33,441 nucleotides of DNA from a bacterium (GTDB lineage Bacteria; SZUA-182; JBHHXV01). A model generated the notes under the pieces. That model was not told where the DNA came from. It did not search any database and saw nothing but the letters and a program-made list of their open reading frames with translations. Positions within the stretch are counted from its first letter, which is position 1. Each line of letters begins with the position of its first letter. The DNA lies in assembly GCA_046757225.1 (NCBI GenBank), contig JBHHXV010000002.1:1-33441 (forward strand), written 5' to 3'. A program made the position numbers and the translations under genes. Of the stretch, positions 1 through 8,414 are shown in pieces.

Positions 1-711
1 GAGCTGGGAGACCGCAATGACTTCAATCTGGCATGTGAGTATGGCCAAAAGGTGGCTGATGAACTGTCGGCTGCCGGTTTTAATCTTAATTTCGCGCCGG
101 TGCTGGATCTGGACACCAATCCCCGAAATCCGATAATCGGCGACCGCTCCCTGGGAGCCGACCCGGAAAGGGTGGGGGAACTGGGAGCCGCTTTCGCTCT
201 GGGAATGCAGAGCAGGGGCGTCATTGCGGTGGGAAAGCATTTTCCCGGACACGGGGATACTGACCATGATTCCCATTTCCGGTTGCCTGAGGTGAGCGCT
301 TCCGCTGAAACCTTGACCGGCCGGGAGTTGGTTCCCTTTAAGCGGGCGGTTTCCCGCGGTATAGCAGGGATCATGATTTCTCATGTGCTTTACCCGGCCT
401 GGGATCGGGAAAACCCGGCCACCACTTCTCCCCGGATTATCAATATTCTAAAAGGTGATTTAAATTTCTCCGGGGTGATTTTCAGCGATGATTTCGAGAT
501 GGAAGCCCTGGATCAGAATAATTTAGGGGAAAAAGCGGTGCAGGCGGTGCAGGCGGGCATAGATCAAATCTTGGTGTGTAAGACCGCTGAAAAACAGGTG
601 GAAGTATTTGAAGCTTTGGTAAAAGCGGTTGAGAAAGGTGTTATCTCTCAGGCGCGCCTGGAAAGCGCCGGCCGGAACATTACCGCCTTGAAACGGCAGT
701 ACATAGTATAA
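1..711 (+). CDS. nagZ: beta-N-acetylhexosaminidase (GH3, NagZ-like), 5'-truncated by the window edge
   Basis: Frame 1 is open from nt 1 (ELGDRNDFNLACEYGQK precedes the tracked ORF). It carries FAPVLDL..NP.IGDRS and KHFPGHGDTDHDSH motifs typical of GH3 NagZ. Stop TAA at 709-711. Confidence 0.85.
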   Translation, partial: ELGDRNDFNLACEYGQKVADELSAAGFNLNFAPVLDLDTNPRNPIIGDRSLGADPERVGELGAAFALGMQSRGVIAVGKHFPGHGDTDHDSHFRLPEVSASAETLTGRELVPFKRAVSRGIAGIMISHVLYPAWDRENPATTSPRIINILKGDLNFSGVIFSDDFEMEALDQNNLGEKAVQAVQAGIDQILVCKTAEKQVEVFEALVKAVEKGVISQARLESAGRNITALKRQYIV

Positions 712-715
712 ATAA

Positions 716-1447
716 ATGGGTGAAGATAAGCAGTCTCCCGCGGTCGAGATTAAGAATCTATCCAAGCATTACGGTCATCAAAAGGCGGTAAACGGCATAG
801 ACCTGACTTTAAATGCCGGCGAGTTTGTCAGCCTGTTCGGCCCTAATGGAGCGGGCAAGACCACCCTTATAAAAATAATCGCCACGATCTTAAAACCGAG
901 TTCCGGTTCTTTACGGATCATGGGGAAAGAGCCTCGGAACGCTCCGGAAGAGCTGCGCTCCCACCTGGGGGTGATCTCTCATCACAGCTACCTCTATAAT
1001 AATCTCTCGGCTCTGGAAAACCTGATGCTGTACGGGAAGCTGTACGGTGTTTCCCGGGTGGAGGAGCGGGCGAACGAATTGTTGGGGCGGGTGGGAATGG
1101 AGTACCGCCGGCACGAGCTGGCCCGGAATTTTTCCCGGGGGATGCAGCAGCGGGTTTCCATTGCCCGGGCTCTGATTCATGACCCGGACATCATCCTGCT
1201 GGACGAGCCCTATTCCGGCCTGGATCAGCACGCGTCACAAATGCTCCGGGAAACGCTGGACCAGCTGCATGACGGCAACCACACCATCCTCATGATTACG
1301 CATAATTTATCGCTGGGCCTCTCCCAGTGCGACCGGATCGCCATCCAGGTCAGGGGAAAACTGGTGTTCGATCAGAAATCGGAGTCAGTTACCAAAAACG
1401 AATTTGAAGACCTCTATTTCAAATACGTGGAGGAAGGGAACTGCTAG
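716..1447 (+). CDS. ccmA: ABC transporter ATP-binding protein, probable heme exporter CcmA
   Basis: Walker A GPNGAGKTT, signature-like FSRGMQQRVSIARAL and Walker B ILLDEP. It lies directly upstream of ccmB/ccmC-like genes, and its stop overlaps the next start (TAGTG). Confidence 0.7.
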   Translation: MGEDKQSPAVEIKNLSKHYGHQKAVNGIDLTLNAGEFVSLFGPNGAGKTTLIKIIATILKPSSGSLRIMGKEPRNAPEELRSHLGVISHHSYLYNNLSALENLMLYGKLYGVSRVEERANELLGRVGMEYRRHELARNFSRGMQQRVSIARALIHDPDIILLDEPYSGLDQHASQMLRETLDQLHDGNHTILMITHNLSLGLSQCDRIAIQVRGKLVFDQKSESVTKNEFEDLYFKYVEEGNC

Positions 1448-2127
1448 TGTCTACCTTCGGCCAACTCAAAGCCTTAATCTGGAAAGACGTCTTAGCGGAA
1501 CTCCGCACCAAGGAGATGGTTGTCTCCATGCTGGTGTTCGCTCTGCTGGTGATCGTTATCTTTGTGTTCGCCTTTGATCCCGGTTCAGGAGCGATGGCCG
1601 AAGCCGCTCCCGGAATCCTGTGGGTAGCCTATACCTTCGCCGCCATCCTGGGACTGAACCGCTCTTTTGTGCTTGAACAGGAAAACCAGTGTCTGCAGGG
1701 GCTGCTTCTTACACCGGTAGACCGGAGCGTCATCTATCTGGGAAAATTTATGGGAAACCTGATCTTTGTGGGGGTGATTGAGCTTATCATCCTGCCGGTA
1801 TTTGTGGTATTATTTGATCTTTCTCTGACTTTCGGGGGGCTGGGCTGGCTGTTGCTGATTATTGTGCTCAGCACGGCCGGGTTCGTGGCGGTGGGCACCT
1901 TGTTTTCCGCTATTTCGGCCAATACCAAAGCCCGGGAGATCCTGCTGCCGATTTTACTGTTTCCGGTAACCGTGCCGGTGTTGATCAGCGCGGTCAAAAT
2001 CACCGGTCTGGTTCTGCAAGCGGAACCGGCCAGCGAAATCTGGCCCTGGCTCAAGCTCTTGATCGCTTTTGATCTTATCTTTATTACGGTGGCCTTTTTA
2101 ACCTTTGAGTATGTGGTGGAAGACTAA
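1447..2127 (+). CDS. ccmB: heme exporter membrane protein CcmB-like
   Basis: 226-aa polytopic membrane protein with about six hydrophobic helices, of CcmB-like size, between the ABC ATPase and ccmC. GTG start overlaps the ccmA stop. Confidence 0.7.
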   Translation: MSTFGQLKALIWKDVLAELRTKEMVVSMLVFALLVIVIFVFAFDPGSGAMAEAAPGILWVAYTFAAILGLNRSFVLEQENQCLQGLLLTPVDRSVIYLGKFMGNLIFVGVIELIILPVFVVLFDLSLTFGGLGWLLLIIVLSTAGFVAVGTLFSAISANTKAREILLPILLFPVTVPVLISAVKITGLVLQAEPASEIWPWLKLLIAFDLIFITVAFLTFEYVVED

Positions 2128-2827
2128 CATTTATATGAATAAATCTCTTTTCAGGATAATTTTTGAAGCCGCTACCTTTCTGCTGGTGCTGCTTTCCTTA
2201 TATATGATTTTTGTGTATGTCCCTACGGAAAAGGTGATGGGAATCGTGCAGCGGATCTTCTATTTTCATGTTTCCATTGCCACCATAACCTTGACCGCTT
2301 TTTTCCTGGTTTTTGTTTACAGTGTTCTGTTTCTGGTTAAAAGGGACTTGAAATGGGATATCTGGGCGCAGTCGGCCGCTGAGGTGGGAATCGTTTTCTG
2401 TTCGCTGGTGCTGATTACCGGGCCGATCTGGGCCAAACCGATCTGGGGGGTCTGGTGGACCTGGGACGCCCGCTTGACCACCACCCTTATCTTATGGTTT
2501 ATTTATGTGGCTTACCTGATGCTCCGCTCTTCGGCCGGGACCAGCGATCTTAAAAGAGCGCGTTTTGCCGCCGTGTTCGGGATTGTGGGGTTTATTGACG
2601 TGCCGGTCGTCTATTTCTCCATTCACTGGTGGCGCACCATCCACCCGGTGGTAATCACCGCTCATAAGGTACGGCTGGCGACCCCGATGGTGTATACGAT
2701 GCTGGTTTCCCTGACGGCTCTCGGTTTCCTGTTTACCTGGCTGCTGCTGGAACGGGCGGCCCTGGGCAAAGCCCGTCACTTGCTGGATGATTTGAAACAG
2801 TTATCCAATGGCGTTTCTTTTAAATGA
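2105..2827 (+). CDS. ccmC: heme exporter protein CcmC (WWD-domain heme handling protein)
   Basis: Tryptophan-rich WWD motif WGVWWTWDARLTTT in a polytopic membrane protein. An alternative ATG at 2135 (MNKSLF...) would avoid the overlap with ccmB. Stop TGA at 2825-2827. Confidence 0.9.
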   Translation: MSMWWKTNIYMNKSLFRIIFEAATFLLVLLSLYMIFVYVPTEKVMGIVQRIFYFHVSIATITLTAFFLVFVYSVLFLVKRDLKWDIWAQSAAEVGIVFCSLVLITGPIWAKPIWGVWWTWDARLTTTLILWFIYVAYLMLRSSAGTSDLKRARFAAVFGIVGFIDVPVVYFSIHWWRTIHPVVITAHKVRLATPMVYTMLVSLTALGFLFTWLLLERAALGKARHLLDDLKQLSNGVSFK

Positions 2828-2840
2828 GAGGATAAAGACC

Positions 2841-3047
2841 ATGAACGAAATTATTTTCCTGGTTGAAGATGCCCCCGAAGGCGGGTATGTCGCTCGTGCT
2901 CTTGGTGCTTCAATCTTTACTGAAGCTGATGATTTGCCCGATCTCCGAAAACAGATACTTGAGGCGGTACATTGCCATTTCGATGAAGATCAGATGCCAC
3001 AAATTATACGGTTACATTTAGTTCGTGAAGAAGTGCTTGCCGCATGA
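2841..3047 (+). CDS. hicB: HicB-like antitoxin (small, no obvious DNA-binding extension)
   Basis: MNEIIFLVEDAPEGGYVARALGASIFTEADDL...VHCHFDE...IIRLHLVREEV resembles the short HicB-like partner proteins of HicA toxins. GAGAGGA lies upstream of the ATG at 2841. ATGA overlap with the next gene. Confidence 0.6.
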   Translation: MNEIIFLVEDAPEGGYVARALGASIFTEADDLPDLRKQILEAVHCHFDEDQMPQIIRLHLVREEVLAA

Positions 3048-3286
3048 AGATCCCCAGGGATATTTCCGGCGATGAGCTTGCCAAGAAACTCAAGCGGTTT
3101 GGGTACGATGTTACCCGTAAGACCGGCAGTCATATGCGTTTAACTACCTGTGAATGTGGCGAACACCATATCACGATTCCCCAACACAAAGCGTTGAGAA
3201 TCGGAACTCTTGCGGAAATACTGGTTGATATTGCCTCACATTTCAAAATAGATCGTGAAACATTACAAAAGCAGTTATTTAAATAA
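3044..3286 (+). CDS. hicA: HicA family mRNA-interferase toxin
   Basis: 80 aa; ELAKKLKRFGYDVTRKTGSHMRL...ITIPQHKALRIGTLAEIL matches the HicA/YcfA pattern (G.H...., P.H..L..GTL..IL). Confidence 0.7.
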   Translation: MKIPRDISGDELAKKLKRFGYDVTRKTGSHMRLTTCECGEHHITIPQHKALRIGTLAEILVDIASHFKIDRETLQKQLFK

Positions 3287-3295
3287 GGAAAATAT

Positions 3296-3448
3296 ATGAA
3301 ACACCTGTCCTACCTTTTTTGGGCCTACGCAGTGGTCTGGATCACCTTGTTCGGCTATATGGCAAGCCTTCAGAAACGGCGGAAAGATCTGTCCCGGGAA
3401 CTGGAGGATTTGAAGGACTCAATTCCTGTGAGTTCGACAGACCCCTAG
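3296..3448 (+). CDS. ccmD: CcmD family small membrane protein (alternative short CcmD type); not in the supplied ORF track because it is under 60 aa
   Basis: ATG at 3296 is preceded by AAGGAAA. The product is MKHLSYLFWAYAVVWITLFGYMASLQKRRKDLSRELEDLKDSIPVSSTDP, one TM helix followed by a basic stretch and an acidic tail, as in short CcmD proteins. It sits where ccmD is expected after ccmABC. Confidence 0.75.
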   Translation: MKHLSYLFWAYAVVWITLFGYMASLQKRRKDLSRELEDLKDSIPVSSTDP

Positions 3449-5675
3449 ACATCAAACCGGCCGCTCCCAGATATAAGCCGGCCGCCAGAAAAACCGCCTT
3501 GTCCAGCCCCCAGGTCATGCCGATGATTATCGTGGCGGTGGAGCCGGCTACCGAGGCCAGGCCGTTGATTCCGTAAAACCAGGGAATGGAATTCCGGTTT
3601 TTCTGTTCCCGACCCAGGCGTTTTATGGCCAGGGGAAAGGGCATCCCCATCAGGAAAGCCCCGGGAAACAGGTAAAGAACCGCCATAAGCATCCGAATAT
3701 TAAGCGGGTTGTCGATAGTCAGGTTTATATAGGGAGCTATGGTAAGATTTACTATAATTCCCCAGGCCGCTGTCAGAGCGCAGATTATCGGAATTCTTTG
3801 TTTTTCCCACCCCCTCTTTTGAGCGTAAAAAGCGCCTGCTCCCGAACCGACCAGGATGGAAAACAGGATGACCGCCAGGTTCAGGTGAGGAAACCCCAGA
3901 TAAAAGCTGAACCGTTTGGTGAAAAACAGTTCCAAACTCATGAACCCCCAGCCCAGGGCGAAAAAATAGCCGAGATAGGATAATCTTTCTTTCTTTTCTG
4001 GGCTGGTGTAAAAAAAATATCCGAGGCTGTTTAACAGGATCAATAAGAGAATTCCCCCCAACAGGTAATATAATTTGAGCCGGTGATTGATCACCACTTC
4101 CAGGAAATAGGGGCTGTTGTCAGTGGAAGGGTGGAGGTTCAGTTGGCGGGCCTTGATGTACTGACTGGGCGTGATTTTGCCGAAGGCGATCTGGTAAATC
4201 CTGGTATCGGATTGGTAATGGGGCACGAAAACCACTTCTGTGCCGAACTCCTTGGTTTTGGCTACCATCCGGTCGGCTTCCTCCAGGGTAAACGGGGTCT
4301 TTCTGACCATCAGGGCGTAGGAATAGGCCGACCAGCCGGAACTGCTGACCGCCGCCAGGTGACGCATGGCCTGAGGGGGAGTCAGCCCCTGGTCCTCAAA
4401 GCAGTCAACAGCGGTAAGGATAAATTTTTCCAGCACTTGCGAGAAGTTGACAAAAATGGTTAAAGTGCCGTCCGGTTTCAGCCGCCGGAAATAATGGCCG
4501 AAGGCCTCTCTGGTATACAGATAGTTCTCCATCTGGGAAATACCGCTCAAGTCGGCGAAGGCGTTGGTGCTGGACAGGGTCAGGACGATCCGGTCGTAGA
4601 GTTTGTTTCCCTTCATCACGAAGCTGCGGCCGTCCTCCACCACCCGCCTTACCCTGGGACGGTGATATATGTTGCCGTTATAGGCCGCTTCCTCTTCGGT
4701 CATTTTCACCACCCCCTCATTGATTTCCACCGCGTCCACGGAATCCGCCCCGGCCAGCAGAGACATCAGAATGTCCCGCCCTCCTCCCGATCCGATAATA
4801 GCTATATCCTGATTATTGCCGAAGAGATAGGGAAAATAGATAATGTTGTGTCTGAGTGCACCCAGGTTTTCCGGGCTGTAACGAACCATGGTGGCCTGGG
4901 TACCGGCGTTGATGAAGATATCCCGCAGGGAATCGTCCTTGCTGCCGCTTGTCAGATCGCAGCGGGAATAAATGTCCCAGGAGGAGCGAAACCATTTTGC
5001 CTTGAACCTTTTATAATTCAACATTTGTCCCAGGGGAGTGTCCGTATGTCTGATCTGTTCCGGGCCGATCGTGATCGGATAAAAGAGCAAGGAACAGACG
5101 ACGAACAAGAAGGAAAAACTGGGAATGATAGCTTTCTTCAGGGAAGGGCGATCTATCAGAAAGATTAACAGTGAAGAGACGAGCGCTAGAGACAGTAAGG
5201 CGTAAATCACTCCCAGGTACTGGGTTAAAACGATTGACAGCAGGCATCCGGCCGCTCCCCCGGACAGGTCGTAAAAATAGAGCTGGCCGCTCCGGGAGGA
5301 GTTGAGCCGAAAGATGTCGGCAATAACCAGTCCGGAAAGAAAAAAGGGAATCAGACAGATCAGTATATTGACAGGGAGTCCCAGCCGGTAAAACCAGCGG
5401 GATATGTAAACAACACACAGCAGGTAAGCGAGCGGCAGAATCGTTACAGCTTTCCGGGAAAGCGGGCTTTGTTCCGGGGATTTTTTCTTTAACCGCCAGT
5501 GCAGAAAAATCCCCCCCAGGCCTCCCCCCAGGATACTCAGGGAGATGATGATAAACAGGGTGTCGAACAGATAAAGGACGGCAAACAGCCGGATAATCAG
5601 GATTTCATAGATAAAGACGCAGAGGCTGACACCGAAAACGGTTAAGAAACTTTGTCGTTGGGCGGAAAGGGGCAT
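3342..5675 (-). CDS. polytopic membrane protein with a central spermidine-synthase-like (SpeE-type aminopropyl/methyltransferase fold) domain
   Basis: 777 aa with hydrophobic helices at both ends. The central segment DIAIIGSGGGRDILMSLLAG..VDAVEINEGV...YDRIVLTL...LYTREAF..LKPDGTL resembles the SpeE SAM/dcSAM-binding fold. Confidence 0.6.
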   Translation of the reverse strand: MPLSAQRQSFLTVFGVSLCVFIYEILIIRLFAVLYLFDTLFIIISLSILGGGLGGIFLHWRLKKKSPEQSPLSRKAVTILPLAYLLCVVYISRWFYRLGLPVNILICLIPFFLSGLVIADIFRLNSSRSGQLYFYDLSGGAAGCLLSIVLTQYLGVIYALLSLALVSSLLIFLIDRPSLKKAIIPSFSFLFVVCSLLFYPITIGPEQIRHTDTPLGQMLNYKRFKAKWFRSSWDIYSRCDLTSGSKDDSLRDIFINAGTQATMVRYSPENLGALRHNIIYFPYLFGNNQDIAIIGSGGGRDILMSLLAGADSVDAVEINEGVVKMTEEEAAYNGNIYHRPRVRRVVEDGRSFVMKGNKLYDRIVLTLSSTNAFADLSGISQMENYLYTREAFGHYFRRLKPDGTLTIFVNFSQVLEKFILTAVDCFEDQGLTPPQAMRHLAAVSSSGWSAYSYALMVRKTPFTLEEADRMVAKTKEFGTEVVFVPHYQSDTRIYQIAFGKITPSQYIKARQLNLHPSTDNSPYFLEVVINHRLKLYYLLGGILLLILLNSLGYFFYTSPEKKERLSYLGYFFALGWGFMSLELFFTKRFSFYLGFPHLNLAVILFSILVGSGAGAFYAQKRGWEKQRIPIICALTAAWGIIVNLTIAPYINLTIDNPLNIRMLMAVLYLFPGAFLMGMPFPLAIKRLGREQKNRNSIPWFYGINGLASVAGSTATIIIGMTWGLDKAVFLAAGLYLGAAGLMSRGLSNSQELSPSNPPVPGTDLSAVSEGLPYSRTR

Positions 5676-5692
5676 GTATCAGCTACATTATG

Positions 5693-6280
5693 TCAGCTTC
5701 TAAATCGATTGGTATAGGTAATGCTTTCGATCTTTCGCTTGGGAACCTGCAACTGCTCTTTGTCATCTTTCCAGTATTTTATGGAATCGGCGGCTTCTAC
5801 GGTTGTTGGGGATTCCCCAGGGATTCCCAGGGCGATAACCGAAGCGATATACCGGTCCTCGGGGATCTCCAGAATCTCCGAAAGTCTGGGCCGGTCCACC
5901 GAGCTGATCCAGCAGCTTCCCACCCCGTCCGCCAGAGCGGCCAGGATAATGTTTTCAATAGCCGCTCCCGCGTCGTACTCAAAACCGGTTTCCCGGATAT
6001 TTTTATTTACCAGCACCACGATATAGGCGGCCGGCCTTTCCCCTTCCGGGGGGGTGCCGCGGGGCTTGATATAACCGGCCCAGCTCAGGCAGGTAAAGGT
6101 TTCCGCTGTCAGAGCGTCTTCATCTACAATCAGATACTCCAAGGGCTGGCGGTTGGCGGCCGAGGGAGCCAGCCGGCCGGCGTTGATCCACTTCAACAGC
6201 GCCGGCCGCTCCAGGATGGTCTGTTTGAATCTTCTTATTGTCCGGCGCCGGGTAATCAGGTCATAAAAAGCATCGTTCAT
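5693..6280 (-). CDS. nitroreductase family protein
   Basis: MNDAFYDLITRRRTIRRFK...PSAANRQP is the typical nitroreductase N-terminus. I prefer the ATG at 6280, which forms an ATGA overlap with the upstream gene's stop, over the tracked start at 6328. Confidence 0.8.
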   Translation of the reverse strand: MNDAFYDLITRRRTIRRFKQTILERPALLKWINAGRLAPSAANRQPLEYLIVDEDALTAETFTCLSWAGYIKPRGTPPEGERPAAYIVVLVNKNIRETGFEYDAGAAIENIILAALADGVGSCWISSVDRPRLSEILEIPEDRYIASVIALGIPGESPTTVEAADSIKYWKDDKEQLQVPKRKIESITYTNRFRS

Positions 6281-7020
6281 TTTTTTATTATCCCCCATGA
6301 TATGAGTCTCAGTCTGACAACCATCCAAAGGGCTTCCTTGATTATTCCCTTGGACATCTTGGATTTTCCATCCAGGCGCTCTTGAAAAACTATCGGGATC
6401 TCCTTTATATTGAAACCCAGGGTTTGAGTCCAGAAGTTCATTTCCACCTGGAATGAGTAGCCGTCCGATTTAATCAGATCCAGGTCCATATTTTCCAGAA
6501 CCTTTCGTTTGAAACATTTAAACCCGCCGGTGCAGTCCTCGAACGGCAGGCCGGTCATCAGTTTTACGTAAAGGTTGGCCATGGTGCTCAGTAATAAACG
6601 TTTGATGGGCCAGTCCAGCACCCTGATTCCGTTAATATAACGGCTGCCGATGACCAGATCGCAATCCTTAACCTCCTCAAGCATTTTCGGCAGGAATTGG
6701 GGATCGTGAGAGAAATCGGCGTCCATCTCCAGGATATAATCAGCCTTTTCCTTCAAGGCGTATTTAAAGCCTTCGATATAGGCGGTTCCCAACCCTAATT
6801 TCCCGGGGCGGTGAATAACGCTCAGCCGGTCATGCTTTTTGGTCAGCCGGTCAACCAGGTCTCCGGTTCCGTCAGGGGAATTGTCATCCACCACGGTAAG
6901 GTAAAACCGCTCCGGCAGCGCCAGCACCTGCTTAATTATTTTCTCGATATTCTCCCGCTCGTTATAAGTAGGGATAATAATCATCGCTTTTTTTCCGGAA
7001 GATTCAGTCATTGCTCTCAA
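6277..7020 (-). CDS. GT2 polyprenol/dolichol-phosphate mannosyltransferase-like glycosyltransferase
   Basis: IIIPTYNERENI, VVDDNSPDGTGDLV, GKLGLGTAYIEGF and DADFSHDP are classic Dpm1/Ppm1-type GT2 motifs. The tracked start at 7020 is TTG; an ATG at 7011 (MTESS...) is an alternative. Confidence 0.8.
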   Translation of the reverse strand: MRAMTESSGKKAMIIIPTYNERENIEKIIKQVLALPERFYLTVVDDNSPDGTGDLVDRLTKKHDRLSVIHRPGKLGLGTAYIEGFKYALKEKADYILEMDADFSHDPQFLPKMLEEVKDCDLVIGSRYINGIRVLDWPIKRLLLSTMANLYVKLMTGLPFEDCTGGFKCFKRKVLENMDLDLIKSDGYSFQVEMNFWTQTLGFNIKEIPIVFQERLDGKSKMSKGIIKEALWMVVRLRLISWGIIKK

Positions 7021-7023
7021 ACG

Positions 7024-8409
7024 TTACCCGATGGTCAACCGGCCTTCGGAATATTTTATCTTGACATGCGTTACATTGCTGGAAAGAGCCAGGGCCATGG
7101 TCAAGGGGCCGACCCGGCCCAGAAACATTACCGCAATCAGGATTATTCGGGAAAAGGATCCCAGAAAAGGAGTGACTCCGGCGGAAAGCCCTACGGTGCC
7201 CATAGCGGAAATCACCTCAAACCAGATATGTAAAAAAAAATCGTGATGGGCGATAAGTGAGTTGTTTCTTTCGGCTATAGTCAGGATCAAGGTAACCGAA
7301 CTGACAATAAACAAAGCGGTTCCGGCAATGGTAATCGCTTTGTTGACGCTTTTTCGGGAAATGGTCTTTTTGTTCATGACCACATGTTCCTTGTCATAGG
7401 TCATCGCTTTTAAGCTGGATATGATGATAGCGAAGGTGGTGGTTTTGATTCCGCCGCCGGTGGACCCGGGAGAGGCTCCGATAAACATCAGGATAGTGCA
7501 GATAAACAGGGTGGCCGGCAGCAGGGCTCCGGTGGGAACCGTATTGAATCCGGCGGTCCGGCAGGAGGCGGAAAGGAAAAAGGCATTGTAAATCTTTTCA
7601 AAGACGGTCATGTCCGTTAACGTGTGGTTGCCTTCCAGCAGAAAAATCATGACCGTTCCGGTCAACAGGAGCCAGGCGGTTACTTTTAAAACGATTTTAC
7701 TATGATATTTCAGCCTGATGGCCGGGTTGGCTTTGAGTTTTTCCCTGAGATATTGTCTTAAATCGAGCAATACGATAAAACCGATGCCTCCGATGATGAC
7801 CAGAAGAGCGTTGGTGACGGTAAAAAGAGCGTCGTGTTTGTATCCCTGGTAATTATTGGAAAAAAGCGAAAATCCGGCGTTGCAGAAAGCGGAAACCGCA
7901 TGAAAGGCCGAGTTGAACAAACCTGTTTCCAGGCCGTATTTCGGATAAAAGCGGGAGAACATTACCGCCGCTCCGATAAACTCGATAATAAAAGTATACA
8001 TGAGAATATGTTTAACTAGGGTTCCCAGCCGGTTGGCGTCGAAATCGTCCATGGCGTCTCTGGTGATCATCCGGTTTTTCATGGACATTCGTTCAGCGAA
8101 CATCAGGGTGAACAGGGTGGAAAAGGTAATGATTCCCAAACCGCCGACTTCGATCAAACCCATGATAATGAATTGACCGAATCGGCTGAAATGGGCGCCG
8201 GTATCCACTACCGTAAGCCCGGTAACACAGACAGCTGAGGTGGAAGTGAACAGGGCGGTCAGAAAAGGGACCGCGTGACCCGGCCGGGAGGAAACCGGCA
8301 GGAAGAGCAGAACCGCTCCTGCCAGGATGGTCAAGGAAAAACTGAGCGAAATGATTAAGGCCGGGTTAACGCTTTTTCTGATTTTCTTTTCAGGAAATAA
8401 TGAAGGCAC
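7024..8409 (-). CDS. trkH: TrkH/KtrB family K+ uptake membrane subunit
   Basis: FTSTSAVCVTGLTVVDT, GGLGIITF, CRTAGFNTV and SPGSTGGGIKTTTF are selectivity-filter-like repeats typical of TrkH/KtrB. Confidence 0.85.
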   Translation of the reverse strand: MPSLFPEKKIRKSVNPALIISLSFSLTILAGAVLLFLPVSSRPGHAVPFLTALFTSTSAVCVTGLTVVDTGAHFSRFGQFIIMGLIEVGGLGIITFSTLFTLMFAERMSMKNRMITRDAMDDFDANRLGTLVKHILMYTFIIEFIGAAVMFSRFYPKYGLETGLFNSAFHAVSAFCNAGFSLFSNNYQGYKHDALFTVTNALLVIIGGIGFIVLLDLRQYLREKLKANPAIRLKYHSKIVLKVTAWLLLTGTVMIFLLEGNHTLTDMTVFEKIYNAFFLSASCRTAGFNTVPTGALLPATLFICTILMFIGASPGSTGGGIKTTTFAIIISSLKAMTYDKEHVVMNKKTISRKSVNKAITIAGTALFIVSSVTLILTIAERNNSLIAHHDFFLHIWFEVISAMGTVGLSAGVTPFLGSFSRIILIAVMFLGRVGPLTMALALSSNVTHVKIKYSEGRLTIG

Positions 8410-8414
8410 ACCAA

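Noticed and set aside
3319-3576. Plus-strand 85-aa ORF overlapping the ccmD region
   Set aside because: It has no recognisable features and is antisense to the C-terminus of the 777-aa membrane protein. The CcmD-like 50-aa frame starting at 3296, with an RBS and a TM-plus-basic pattern, explains this locus better.
4083-6385. Plus-strand ORFs 4083-4463, 4494-5168, 5690-6385 and 5721-6026
   Set aside because: They lie opposite well-supported minus-strand genes (the SpeE-like membrane protein and the nitroreductase). Their products are G/R/P-rich and typical of antisense frames.
7232-7240. A9 homopolymer in trkH, and a C8 run at 24804-24811 in the FAD oxidoreductase gene
   Set aside because: Both are in frame, encoding FFL and TPP, and the ORFs are intact. 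I noted them only as possible sequencing-error or slippage hotspots.
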